From assembly GCF_006345805.1 (NCBI RefSeq), contig NC_043003.1, positions 112,220,001 to 112,284,000 on the forward strand: DNA of 64,000 nt, in the 5' to 3' direction. Numbering within the stretch: position 1 is the stretch's first letter; every line of letters begins with the position of its first letter. Shown piece after piece: positions 40,032 to 54,155 of the stretch. The position numbers and the translations under genes were made by a program. This DNA comes from Octopus sinensis (lineage: Eukaryota). Below the pieces are notes generated by a model. It ran no database searches. It saw only the letters and a program-made list of their open reading frames with translations, and had not been told where the DNA came from.

Positions 40032-40422
40032 ATGTTTCTTTATTAGCCACACAGGGCTGCACACAGATAGAACAAATTACAAGGTAGAGCTTTTCTTTTT
40101 GGGGTAAAAAAGAAGGAGAGTGGTGGTTTTCGATCAAAAGGGATCGTAAAAGGAAAGAAAAAGGACAAAAAAAAAGGCAGGGGTTAAAAAAGGGGGGGGG
40201 GAGAGAAAAAAAATGAATAATAGGGATCGTTATCACAGAAATGTCAATATGAATTGTAAAGGGGAGGACAGGTGAGGTTTACCCGTGGAAAGAAAAGCCT
40301 ACGGAAAAGACCACGGTAACCTCGGTCAATGAAGTCACATGTTATATTTCTTTTTTTTTTTGCAAATAAGCAACTCTCTGTATTAATTTTTATGGTTCAT
40401 AGAATCATAGTCAAGGTGGCTT
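40032..40422 (-). mobile_element. L1/Tx1-type LINE 3' end, stacked copy 1 (3' UTR + last codons)
   Basis: Homologous to 40451-40840; 3' end CCCTGTGTGGCTAATAAAGAAACAT|(ATCT)n. Confidence 0.85.
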
Positions 40423-40450
40423 AGATAGATAGATAGATAGATAGATAGAT

Positions 40451-41431
40451 ATGTTTCTTTATTAGCCACACAGGGCTGCACACAGATAGAACAAATTACA
40501 AGGTAGAGCTTTTCTTTTGAGGGTTTAAAAAAAAAAAGGAAGGGGGAGTTTCGATCAAAAGGGATCGTAAAAGGAGAGAAAGAGGACAAAAAGAAGGGGG
40601 GTTAAAAAAAGGGGGGAGAGGAAAAAAAATTGATCAATAGGGATCGTTATCACAGAAATGTCAATATGAAGTGTAAAGGGGAGGACAGGTGAGGTTTACC
40701 CGTGGAAAGAAAAGCCTACGGAAAAGACCACGGTAACCTCGGTCAATGGAGTCACATGTTATATTTCCTTTTTTTTTTGCGAATAAGCAACTCTCTGTTT
40801 TCAATTTCTGGGTTCATAGGATCATGCTCAAGGGGGCTTCGTCATTCATACGTGCCATTCTTGCTACATTCACCCATCTTTTTTTAAAACATTCGCTAAA
40901 CAAAGCTTGCCTCTCTACTCTCACTTTCCTTTTCAAGTGGTACTTGAAGAAGTTGATGAGAGATTGACCAGAGAGGAAAGTGTTTGTCTCCAATCCTTTC
41001 AGACGCGTCCACCAGATACATTCTTTCGCCATAGCCACAAGGATGATGAAAATAGCTCTTCCTTCCCGTTTGAAGGAGGGAGGCGTGACAATATTGACGA
41101 TAGACTCAGCTGATAAACCGACACGTCCCACACGTGACAGCAGTTGTTCGACATAAGCCCACAGGTCGGAAATTGTTGGACACTGCACGAGTGCGTGCAG
41201 AACGGTTTCGTCGCTCTGACCGCATCTCGGGCAGGTCGGCCCCGTGTTTCTCGCGCCGTGTCTGTAGAGCTTATCCCGAACGGGTAGCGCTTCTCGGTAG
41301 CACTGCCAGGCCAGGGATCTCTGGAAGTTGTCCATGGGCCCTGGCCCGAAAGTCGTCCTGAACAGGCGGGTCAGGTACTCCTCGTCTACGTCCAGGTTCG
41401 CCCCGAGCTCTTCGTCGTACCTCCCCTCCAC

Positions 41432-41432
<1 letters not shown>
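40451..41432 (-). mobile_element. L1/Tx1-type LINE 3' end, stacked copy 2 (intact C-terminal CCHC zinc-knuckle region)
   Basis: FQRSLAWQCYREALPVRDKLY..CPRCGQSDETVLHALVQCP..LSMIL*, then 3' UTR with AATAAA; both ends in (AGAT)n. Confidence 0.9.
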
Positions 41433-41466
<34 letters not shown>

Positions 41467-41475
41467 GTAGGTAGG

Positions 41476-41553
<78 letters not shown>

Positions 41554-41564
41554 CATAGATAGAT

Positions 41565-41602
<38 letters not shown>

Positions 41603-41617
41603 GTAGATAGATGGATG

Positions 41618-41661
<44 letters not shown>

Positions 41662-41678
41662 TATAGATAGATAGAAAA

Positions 41679-41759
<81 letters not shown>

Positions 41760-41771
41760 AAGATAGATAGG

Positions 41772-41836
<65 letters not shown>
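41433..41836. repeat. (AGAT)n tetranucleotide array
   Basis: Directly visible. Confidence 0.97.
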
Positions 41837-41838
<2 letters not shown>

Positions 41839-42834
41839 GTTTCTTTATTGGCCACACAGGGCTGCACACAGATGGGACAAGTTACAAGGTAGAGCTTCTC
41901 TTTTGGGGGATGAAGAGAACAAAAAACAAAAGAAAAAAAAGGGGGTGGCGTAGGTTTTCGATCAAGAGGGATCGTAAAAGGGAAGAAAAGAACAAAAAAA
42001 ATTGAATAAAATAAAAAGAATAAAAAGAAAAAAAAAGAAAAGTAAAAGGAACAAAAGGAAAGAGAAATGAAAAAAGAAGAAAAAAGGGGAAAAAAAGGGG
42101 AAGAGGAAAAAATAAGAACGATCAATAGGGATCGTGTATCACAGTGTTATGATATATGGTGTAAAGGGGAAAGCAAGTAAGGTTTATCCGTGGGAAGAAA
42201 AGCCTACGAAAAAGACCACGGTAACCTTGGTCAATATTGTTACATGTTACCACATTTGTTTGCAAGTGGGTAACCCTCTGTTTTCAATTTCTGGGTTCAT
42301 AGGATTATGCTCAAGGTGGCTTCGTCATTCATACGTGCCATCCTTGCTACATTCACCCATCTTTTTTTAAAACATTCGCTAGACAAAACTTGCCTCTCTA
42401 CTCTCACTTTCCTTTTCAAGTGGTACTTGAAGAAGTTGATGAGAGATTGACCAGAGAGGAAAGTGTTTGTCTCCAATCCTTTCAGACGCGTCCACCAGAT
42501 ACATTCTTTCGCCATAGCCACAAGGATGATGAAAATAGCTCTTCCTTCCCGTTTGAAGGAAGGAGGCGTGACAATATTGACGATAGACTCAGCTGATAAA
42601 CCGACACGTGACAGCAGTTGTTCGACATAAGCCCACAGGTCGGAAATTGTTGGACACTGCACGAGTGCGTGCAGAACGGTTTCGTCGCTCTGACCGCATC
42701 TCGGGCAGGTCGGCCCCGTGTTTCTCGAGCCGTGTCTGTAGAGCTTATCCCGAACGGGTAGCGCTTCTCGGTAGCACTGCCAGGCCAGGGATCTCTGGAA
42801 GTTGTCCATAGGACCTGGCCCGAAATTCGTCCTG
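41837..42834 (-). mobile_element. L1/Tx1-type LINE 3' end, stacked copy 3
   Basis: Coding part nearly identical to copy 2 (12-nt deletion at LLSRV-GL); distinct 3' UTR variant. Confidence 0.9.
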
Positions 42835-42861
42835 ATAGATAGATAGATAGAAAGTCGTCCT

Positions 42862-42940
<79 letters not shown>

Positions 42941-43037
42941 GGATGGATGGATGGATGGATGGATGGATGGATGGATAGGCGGAGGTACGGAGGGACGGAT
43001 AGAAAGACAGACAGACTGATAGAACATAGACAGATTG

Positions 43038-44690
43038 ATTCTTTATTAGCCACACAGGGATGAATACAGAGGGGACAATACAATGTAGAACTTTTCTTTT
43101 CGAAAGAAAGATAGATAGAAAAAAGAAAAGAAAAATTGAAATCAAATGGGATCGAAAGCGTTTGGGACCTGTAAACAGCAAAATAAGGGGGTGTAAAAAG
43201 TGTAAATCAGATTAGATTTCTCCTTGGAAAGAAAAGCCTACGAAAAAGACCACCGTAACCTTAGGTAGGGAAAGAAACATATGAGAGGAAAACTCTCTCC
43301 CTCCCTCTCTCTCTCTCTCTTTTGGACTTACAGGATCATGCTCAAAGTGGTTCCGTCATTCACGTGTAACATCTTTGCAACATTCACCCGCCTTTTACTG
43401 AAATTTTCATGAGACAAACCTTCCCTCTTGGTTGGATGGCATGGGCATTTTTCTTCAGGTGCCAAGCCGCAAACCCACTAATTTTTCCGAATTATTTTCG
43501 TTCCCGTTACTGCTTCGAATTCTTTTAGTGTCTCGTCGACCAGGTCGATGTAATTGTGGCTCGACACTATCACGGTGATATCGTTCACGTATGCAGACAG
43601 GCTTCTCCCTCATCACCGTTCATGCGGGATGTCCCACAGCGTAGTTAGTTTCCGCAATGTTGGCTCTAGAGTCAATAAATACAGAAGCGACGAGAGGGGG
43701 CATCATTGACGGACCGAATGCGTGATGTTAAATGGTCTGGATGCATGACCATTTACGCGAACTACCGAGTGGATGCCGCTGTATAAGGCAGCGATCCTAC
43801 CGTGGAAGTCGGGACCGAATCCAGCCGCTATAAGGACAGCCTGTAAGTAACGATGGTTGACCTTATCGAAAGCTTTCGATTCATCCAAATTAATCAGCGC
43901 CCGACAAATGCCGGGTTCCTTAACTATCCTGTCTATGATATAGCGTATCAGATGGAGGTTGTTACGGATACTCCTGCCCGTCACGGTGCATGTTTTCGCT
44001 TGTCGACCAGTTCCTCCATGACTAGCGACAACATCTCGGCTAGCACCTTGGCCAAAATTTTCAAGTCTGCGTTGAGCAGACTGATAGGCCTGAAGTTATG
44101 TATGACGTTTCCCTTTCATTAGCAGTGCCACCGCTCATCGGCTCACAAAACTGGGGAAACTCGCGTTTTGCTGCCAGTTGCAGTAAACTGCTGCCAAGAC
44201 GCCTCCAAACAAGTCTGGCATAAGAACAATGTACATTATTACTATCCACTGCCCTACAGAATACTCTATCCAAATACGATCTGGACGCCCGATGCGGTTG
44301 CTCCATGTCAACACTGGTAAAATCGGGTGGTCTAATCAGTACCTCTCAGACAGTTGGAACCTCTGAGCAGGTCTTTAAGGCATTTACATCCCTCTTTTCG
44401 TATCTCTACCCATGTAGACAACATGCATGTCCAACGTAGCGTTCCAATCCCCCACTAAATGTAACGGTCGAGACGTTCCCAAGAAAACGTCTAGACGTCG
44501 AAAGAAATACGGCCAACCTGTTAATGACGGTGCATAAACTGTTATCAGTCGAAATGCAAACATATTACTGCCATTGACATCTAAGACGACGAGCCTACGC
44601 TTCGGTTCTAGGAATATTGCTCTTACTTTGAGGTCCAGAATCTTCCGAAAAAGCACTGCTGTACCATCTCCGCCCAATCTCGGCAGATAC
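43038..44690 (-). mobile_element. L1/Tx1-type LINE ORF2 remnant, stacked copy 4 (APE + RT, internally deleted)
   Basis: APE TVYAP..GDWN (44441-44452)..SDH; RT DESKAFD (43865-43885), RQ*CPLS, SAYVNDIT; fused by deletion to ..LSMIL* and the same 3' end. Confidence 0.85.
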
Positions 44691-44708
44691 TGAGAAAAAA
44701 ATATACAA

Positions 44709-45056
44709 GGCGCAGGATTGGCTGTGTGGTAAGTAGCTTGCTTACCAACCACATGGTTCCGGGTTCAGTTCCACTGCGTGGAATCTTGGGCAAGTGTCTT
44801 CTGCTATAGCCTCGGGCCGACCAATGCCTTGTGAGTGGATTTGGTAGACGGAAACTGAAAGAAGCCTGTCGTATATATGTGTATATATATATGTATGTGT
44901 GTGTATTTGTTTGTGTGTCTGTGTTTGTCCCCCCGCACCATCGCTTGACAACCGATGCTGGTGTGTTTACGACCCCGTCACTTAGCGGTTCGGCAAAAAG
45001 AGACCGATAGAATAAGAACTGTGTTTACAAAGAATAAGTCCCGGGGTCGATTTGCT
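44709..45056 (+). mobile_element. SINE family A (tRNA head, CORE-like domain)
   Basis: GGCGCAGGA.TGGCTGTGTGGTAAG A-box, GGTTCAGTTCC B-box, CTTGGGCAAGTGTCTTCT CORE-like segment. Confidence 0.9.
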
Positions 45057-45424
45057 TTCGTCATTATTCGTATAGTCGTTGTTAAAAAGTGTGTGTGTGT
45101 GTTTGTGACAGTGTATCAATGTTTTGATTGTTATTCGAAGTTTTCGTTGTTGGCAATGGTGGAAATTCGAGTTCAAATTTAAAGAAGAGAACGCGGGCAG
45201 TCTTAGGAAGACTATCCATTTTTCCAGAGAGATGAAAAAAATTTATAAAATAAGATTTGAAAATTTGAAAATTTACACTCAAAGGGTGAATCCTCAAGCG
45301 AAAGCTTCAATTGAGGCCACGGAAAAGGTGTTAGGTACCTTTTTAACACAGGGAAATACAGATACACATAAATAAAACCGAAAGAGTACCTCACTTTACG
45401 GGAGTCGACGTGACAAGCAGGCAA

Positions 45425-45880
<456 letters not shown>

Positions 45881-46543
45881 TATGATGGCTGCAGTAAAAA
45901 CAGCCTTCCAGCACACGAAAATGAAGTAAGTGAAATCTCCTGGGAAATCGCAGGATAGTCAATCTTATTACGTTTGTTTTGTGTGTTATAAATTTTCGAC
46001 ACGTGTATGGAAATGTGAATATTTCTAAATCTCTGTATAATTATTTGCTCATATAAATTTATGTCCGCACGAGTGCTGTTATATTTTATTTTATTTCCAT
46101 TTTTTCTTGTCTAATGCAAGGAGAAATTGCTGAATGTTATCTGATAGTGTATTTTATTGATAAAATTCACTGAGTAGACAAAAACGAGACCAGGCACATC
46201 AAAACCTTTACACAACAGCAATACAATTAGTCTGAAAACGTTACACATTTCCATTGGCATTTTGTGCTAGACGGTGTACGTCATATTAACGTTATGGTTT
46301 CCAGGAGATATGTCATATCGTTAATCAAATTTATACCTATCTCTCCATATATTCTGTCATACTGCGCTCGACATGAGGAGGTGAAAAATTTAGACAAGAG
46401 TAGAGAGATAGACCAGACAAATCAAGATGAGACACATACAACGATACCAAACGATAATACGTACCTGTTGGTAGGCATATGTGTGCGCCTCCCTATAAAT
46501 GTAAATACATATATTCATACATATGTGTGTATATATATATATA

Positions 46544-46593
<50 letters not shown>

Positions 46594-46628
46594 CATTCAC
46601 TTCTGGTGGTATGGTGCATATATATGTA

Positions 46629-46673
<45 letters not shown>

Positions 46674-46685
46674 TTAGGCTCAGGA

Positions 46686-47654
46686 TAGGTTGTGTGGTAA
46701 GGAGCTTGATTAGGTTATGGTTGTCGAGTTGCATTGTTGGATCTGTTTGGCACACACATATTTTTGGGGCTGTCCTGGCAGAGCGACGTTTTCCCTCTTG
46801 TATAGTCGAGGTATTCTTCCAAATAATGTGATTCGTCTGAGGAGGAATCACTTGAATACTTAAAGAAGATAGACTAAGAAATGGAGAAGAGGAATTATGC
46901 AGCAGCAGCAGCAAGAGAAAAATTTGAAGTGAGTCTGGAAGAGTTGAGCGAGTTTAGGGAAATGCTTGAAAGGGAGAGGAACGATGTGAAGGTGCCCCAC
47001 TCCAAAAAAGTACTAAAGGACAAGGAAGAAAGGACGATCGTCTGTAGAACCTACGCTACAGCAACAAGGAAAATAGAAGTGGTGTCGAAAGCACAGGTAG
47101 AAAAGGCACCGAGGTTAGTCTGTCAGGAGATATACCTCACCAGGGAACGAAAATATGGAAGTGCAGTTTAAGGATATAGCAACTGCCAGTCTGTGCTTGG
47201 CCACACTGCTGAAGACAGACGAGGTGGTGCTTGTACCCGTGTACCTTGGGAGACGTACTTCCAGGGTTCGGGTGGAATACCAACCACCAGAAGTGAATGT
47301 AGCCTGGCTGGTAGCTGCCATACTGCGAGTGGTGGAAGAAAAAAATGACATCTGTAAAATGTCGGAAAGAATAAGGTACGTCGACATTTTAAACAAATAT
47401 AATATAGACATTAAAAAAAATATGTGGAATGACTGTTGTCAATGAACTGAAAAGATGTATAAACTAGGCGCAGGAGTGGCTGAGTGATAAGCAGCTTGAT
47501 TACCAACTAAATGGTCCCGGGTTCAGTCCCACTGCGTGGCACATTCGGCAAGTGTCTTCTACTATAGCCTCGGTCCGACTAAAGACTTGTGAGCAGATTT
47601 GGTGGACAGAAACTGAAAGAAGCTCATCGTTTTATAAATATATATATGTATATA

Positions 47655-47713
<59 letters not shown>

Positions 47714-48140
47714 CATATATGTGTGTGTGTGTTTGTGCGTTTGTGTTTGTCCCCCAACATCGCTTGACAACCGATGCTGGTGATTTTACGTCCCCGTAAC
47801 TTAACAGTTCGGCAAAGAGGGCCGATAGAATAAGTACTAGGCTTACAAAGAATAAGCTCTGGGGTCGATTTGCTCGACTATAAAGGGCGGTGCTCCAGCA
47901 TGGCCGCAGTCAAGTAAACAAGTAAAAGAGTAAAAGAGTAAACTGTCAATGCAAATGGCAATACAAACGGTGTAGTAACAGGTTCAATAAAGTCGTCCGG
48001 AGGTGGGGGCCGAGCGACTTCCTTTCATCTTTCATTATATGATTTTATTCATTCCATTCGTTTTGTTATGCTTTTTGTCCCCAACGTGTGATGTTCCCTC
48101 TGTGTAAGGCCTTTATGGCCAATTTTCATCAAATAAAGAA
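46686..48140 (+). mobile_element. ORF1-only L1/Tx1-type derivative (E3), interrupted by a SINE
   Basis: MEKRNYAAAAA.., YLTRERKYGSAVEVQF, PVYLGRRTSRVRVEYQPPEV; 3' end GATGTTCCCTCT..GGCCAAT..AATAAAG (48132-48137) homologous to E2. Confidence 0.6.
47467..47941 (+). mobile_element. SINE family A, full length
   Basis: Head, core, internal (TA)n, (AAAGAGTA)n tail. Confidence 0.9.
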
Positions 48141-48440
48141 TCTTGATTCCGGTTGAAGACTTCGGTCGTGTTTTCTTTTTTTTTTGCGCTCTTTGAATTG
48201 TCATTTTTTTAATATTTTTGAAACTGTTATTTATTGTAAACTTTTGTTGAAAATTCATTGTTGAAAATTGTTATTGAGAACTGCTGTCTGTTTGCAGGCT
48301 GTGTTGGATAATTGTATTTCCCGGTGCTCCGGCGAATAGTGAAAATTCTGTAGCCATTTGCCAATTGTTTATTCGACTGGATACTTTAACAGTGCATTTT
48401 TAAAATGTAGCCTTTGGGGGCGTTGTTGAACTGCGCCCCA
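48140..48440 (-). repeat. Conserved flank repeat, homologous to 33395-33665
   Basis: See 33395-33665. Confidence 0.85.
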
Positions 48441-49586
48441 CCCTCAAACAATGATTGGATTTGAACTGTTGTTCCTATTGCGGGGAATTTAATTTTTGAA
48501 ATACAATTTTCTTTTGAAAAACAAATTGTTTTCAAACGTTTAAGTCTCTGTGTCTGAGCAGCGCCCCTTCCTCTGACGGGGGTGGGATTTGGACTATTGT
48601 TCATCTTGAGAGGAAGTAATTATTTTTAACAGAAAATTCTGTAGATTGTAAGCTATTTGTTGTATAATATCTTGCATTTCGGCAATTTCAACCAATAAAT
48701 GACGTCTATTGAGGTGAATACAATATCTCCGGATATTTGTCAACAACAAGTATTTGCGGTGTCATATGAATTTTATATTCATATAGTGATATTTAACGGT
48801 AAGTTCCAAGGATCAAAGTATAGGAGTTTAGTAAGTTGCGAGCATTCCGTAGAAGGAATAAAAAACACAAATTTCAGGAACAATTTTGGTTTACTGAGGT
48901 AGAATGTTGTAAATTTTTCTCATACCGAAGTTCGATATGCTGAAAAATGTTCTTCTATAGGGTCAAGGTTATCAGCTGGGTTGATGTGTAGGTAAATAAA
49001 AATCTAAAATTAGTGAATAGTGAAGAGAAAAACGAGGTTTACATGTGTTTCGTAGTTAGCAGAATATCGGAAGTAGTAATTAACCAAACGAGGGATAATT
49101 ACTACTTATGTGGTTCTGCTAGTTATGAAATATATGTAGACTAGATTTTATTAACTCTAATCCCTAATTGTGTGTATATATATATATATGAGTGTAAATC
49201 AAAAATCATCCGCACTTTCGTCATAACATATTTATTATTGTCACACTGCCTTCTGCGCATGCGTGCTTATAGCTGGAGCTATTGTGCTCATGTGATTGAA
49301 CTTTGAGCCTGATTACGCCATTTTCCATTCTGGTTTCACAAGCTAAGCATGGCCGCTCCAATAACAATGAGCACCAAAGAAGAACAAAGAACAGTAATCC
49401 GAGCAACAAGTGCATATTCCCTCTTTCTTCTTCGAGGGAATATGCAAACTTGTAGACCGCTGCACGAAGTGCTTCGAAAAGGAAAGTGACTATATAGAAA
49501 AGTGACGTACTTGTTTATATTCTGCCTTTGTGTAAATACATTGAAAAAACAAGAGTGTATAATTTTTGAATCTCTCGTATATATGC

Positions 49587-49631
<45 letters not shown>

Positions 49632-50054
49632 GGTCCCGGGTTGATTCGGGGTTAACCACAGTAAATAGGTACTCAATACATAGCAGAGTAAAATTAATTT
49701 ATTATATAGAAGGAGCTTCTACAGGACTAGAACTGTTTCATTCAAGAGAAATCTTCAGGAAGCTAGTTAACAAGAATTGTATTGGCATTTATACATTTAG
49801 GCAGGTTTAAAGGGGTGTTGGTGGGGGACTTTTTGGGGGTAGGCATAGCGCAAAATATCATACTTGGGGGAGTGGTCAAGGAGTCAGTGTTAAATTAGAT
49901 AGAAGAATAAATAAAAAAATAAAAAAATAAAAAAAAATTAAAAAATAAAATAAAAAAATAAAAAAATATATATATAAAATAAAAAAATCTATATATAAAA
50001 TAAAAAAATCTATATATAAAAAAAAGGGGAATAGAGTTTTAGGTAAATAATACC

Positions 50055-51472
50055 TATGCACACATGTATACATACATACACACACATACAAACATATATA
50101 CATATACATACACACATACATACACACACATATATATACATATATATATACACTTACACATTACGTATACATATCTACACATACACATATATGTATACAT
50201 ACACACACTCACATGCATACACGTATACACACATGTATATATACACACACGACCACACATACATATACGCACAGAAAAATATATATACACATACACACAC
50301 ATACTCACATACACGCATACACACACATATCCACACACACACACATGCACACACAGCACACTAGTCCCTATATACACATATATACACATACACACACATA
50401 TACACACACATACATACATATACATACATGTATATATATATATATATACATATGTGTACCTATGCATACCTACACATACACACATATATATACACATACA
50501 AATACAGACCCATTCCCTAATTTTAATTTTATTATTATTATCTTCGTTTATTACTTTTGTAATCTTTGGCCGCTTGGTCACAAACATCTTGGCTATGACA
50601 GCCAGTCCATTTATCTGTCTACTGGAAAACAAGCACTCATTCACTCACGCACACTCTTTAGCACGTACATTCACTCATTCGTACACTCATACACATACAC
50701 GCACGCACGCGTTATATTCATACATACATACATCTACATACATTCACGTATATACACATACGTACGCGTACCTACAGATTCATGTCTACACTCTTAGAAG
50801 GCTAGTCTATATATATACACCAATAAATATAAATACACACACATACATATACACCTACATACAAATACATACATGTATATATATTCTCTGATTCCTTCTT
50901 TCTCTCTCTTCTCTCTCTTTGTTGCGTTTTGTCCCCCTTCTCTCTCTCTCTTCCTTTGCTTCTCTTTCTTTTCTTTTTCCTCTTCTCTGTCACGTGACTG
51001 TTGGCCGAAATCTGCCTTTCAGCTCCTGACCCTCGTCGTGTTAACATCGTTGTTTTTCGTCCGCCGCTATAAATGCTTTTTCCAATGCGCCAGAGAAAAA
51101 TTTGTTTGCTTGTTATCAGTCGTAAGACACTTGTTGTTTTCACCGTTAATGCTTCTGTATTTCATGTTTCTGTATTCCATTATTGTTTTTTGTTTTTTTT
51201 ATATCTGTCCCTTTTGCTGTCCTGGTGTTCGTATGCATTCGATCCTTCTTCCAGGAAATCTACGCTTCCAGCTTAGTTTTTCTAATGCTCGTTGCTTAGT
51301 TTTTCTTGGAGGGCTGGCCGTGATCTAGTAATCTCAAGATTAATCAGCCGAAATTACTACGATGATCCGGTTCTTGACTGAAGACTGAGGGGTTCGAATG
51401 TCCTGTCCATGTTTATTGTATCGTCTTCTAAGAGTTATACGTTCTTGTCCATGTTGTATTTTTCTACATACC

Positions 51473-51514
<42 letters not shown>

Positions 51515-51716
51515 CATATATATACACACATATATATACATATATATATACACACACATACGCATACACACACATATACACATATGTACACACATACACA
51601 TACATACATATACACACATACACATACATACGTATACATACATACATACATACATACATCCATACATACATACATTTATACACATACACACACCCACATA
51701 CATACATATATATACG

Positions 51717-51756
<40 letters not shown>

Positions 51757-52137
51757 TACACACACATACATATACATACATACATATACAAATATACGCA
51801 CACACATACATACATACTCATATACTCATACACGCACATACACATGTACATGCGTACCCATACACACACACACACGCGCGCGCATCCATATATACACATA
51901 AGTACACACATGCGTAAAAGTATACATATATCTATGCTTACACATACACACACACGCGCGCCTCCTTATATTCATACTTACATGCATACTCAAAAAATAA
52001 GTAAATAGTAAAATATATATACGCGCAGTTATTCATACATGCATACTCAAAAATAAATAATAAATATTAAGTATATGTACGTGCAGTTACCTATTATATA
52101 GACGGATACATACATATAAACTTACCACACACACATA

Positions 52138-52173
<36 letters not shown>

Positions 52174-52178
52174 ATATA

Positions 52179-52230
<52 letters not shown>

Positions 52231-52310
52231 CATATACAGATATATATACACATACACATATACATACATATATATATACACACACACACATACACATATA
52301 TATATACATA
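50055..52310. repeat. Long degenerate (CA/TA)n microsatellite tracts (interrupted at ~50510-50640 and ~50880-51475)
   Basis: Directly visible. Confidence 0.9.
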
Positions 52311-54155
52311 TATATAAATTATTAGAGAGTTATCCACTATGTGGATAACTCTAGTGCTAAAAATAGCTCCGAAGCAACCACAGAAGATCCGTTTCCAACT
52401 AGAATCAACACACATTTAACTGAAGGAAAGTGAAATACAACGAATAAAAGAGATTGACTCTATACAATTGTTTCATTACTAATGCAATATGTAGTGTTAC
52501 TTACACTTGCATCTATCTATAATCTTCGGTAAAGTTTGTCAGAAATGCAATTAATTAGATCGATTCGGGCGTCAAAAACACGAGCGGTCCAACCAATTAC
52601 ATTTTTAGTTATGTCTCAAATTCCGCGCCAAAAGCATGCCTAGACTCCATTGGAAACGTATGCCGCATCAAATAAAATATTGACTGCCGCGTAGTTAAAT
52701 TTATAAAATTATAAATGAGGGTGAAAAATCGATATTAATTTAATAATACCGTCAATTTAACACCAAGTGGCTTAGCACAAAAAACTACGGAGGAAATACA
52801 AATTTATACATAAATTATTAGAGAGTTATCCACTATGTGGATAACTCTAGTGCTAAAAATAGCTCCGAAGCAACCACAGAAGATCCGTTTCCAACTAGAA
52901 TCAACACACATTTAACTGAAGGAAAGTGAAATACAACGAATAAAATAGATTGACTCTATACAATTGTTTCATTACTAATGCAATATGTAGTTTTACTTAC
53001 ACTTGCATCTATAAATCTTCGGTAGAGTTTGTCAGAATGCAATTAATTAGATCGATTCGGGCGTCAAAAACACGAGCGGTCCAACCAATTACATTTTTAG
53101 TTATGTCTCAAATCCGCGCCAAAAGCATGCCTAGACTCCATTGGAAACGTATGCCGCATCAAATAAAATATTGACTGCCGCGTAGTTAAATTTATAAAAT
53201 TATAAATGAGGGTGAAAAATCGATATTAATTAATAATACCGTCAATTTAACACCAAGTGGCTTAGCACAAAAAACTACGGAGGAAATACAATTTATACAT
53301 AAATTATTAGAGAGTTATCCACTATGTGGATAACTCTAGTGCTAAATATAGCTCCGAAGCAACCACAGAAGATCCGTTTCCAACTAGAATCAACACACAT
53401 TTAACTGAAGGAAAGTGAAATACAACGATAAAATAGATTGACTCTATACAATTGTTTCATTACTAATGCAATATGTAGTTTTACTTACACTTGCATCTAT
53501 AAATCTTCGGTAGAGTTTGTCAGAAATGCAATTAATTAGATCGATTCGGGCGTCAAAAACACGAGCGTCCAACCAATTACATTTTTAGTTATGTCTCAAA
53601 TTCCGCGCCAAAAGCATGCCTAGACTCCATTGGAAACGTATGCCGCATCAAATAAAATATTGACTGCCGCGTAGTTAAATTTATAAAATTATAAATGAGG
53701 GTGAAAAATCGATATTAATTTAATAATACCGTCAATTTAACACCAAGTGGCTTAGCACACAAAACTACGGAGGAAATACAAATTTATACATAAATTATTA
53801 GAGAGTTATCCACTATGTGGATAACTCTAGTGCTAAAAATAGCTCCGAAGCAACCACAGAAGATCCGTTTCCAACTAGAATCAACACATTTAACTGAAGG
53901 AAAGTGAAATACAACGAATAAAATAGATTGACTCTATACAATTGTTTCATTACTAATGCAATATGTAGTTTTACTTACACTTGCATCTATAAATCTTCGG
54001 TAGAGTTTGTCAGAAATGCAATTAATTAGATCGATTCGGGCGTCAAAAACACGAGCGGTCCAACCAATTAAATTTTTAGTTATGTCTCAAATTCCGCGCC
54101 AAAAGCATGCCTAGACTCCATTGGAAACGTATGCCGCATCAAATAAAATATTGAC
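52311..54155 (+). repeat. Tandem array of ~493-bp units, forward arm (~3.7 units)
   Basis: AGAGAGTTATCC recurs at 52324, 52820, 53309, 53800. Confidence 0.97.

Noticed and set aside
40814-43181. 351-aa and 294-aa ORFs fusing IYLS repeats to a zinc-knuckle domain
   Set aside because: Chance in-frame read-through from the upstream copy's 3' UTR across (ATCT)n into a truncated LINE; no evidence of selection
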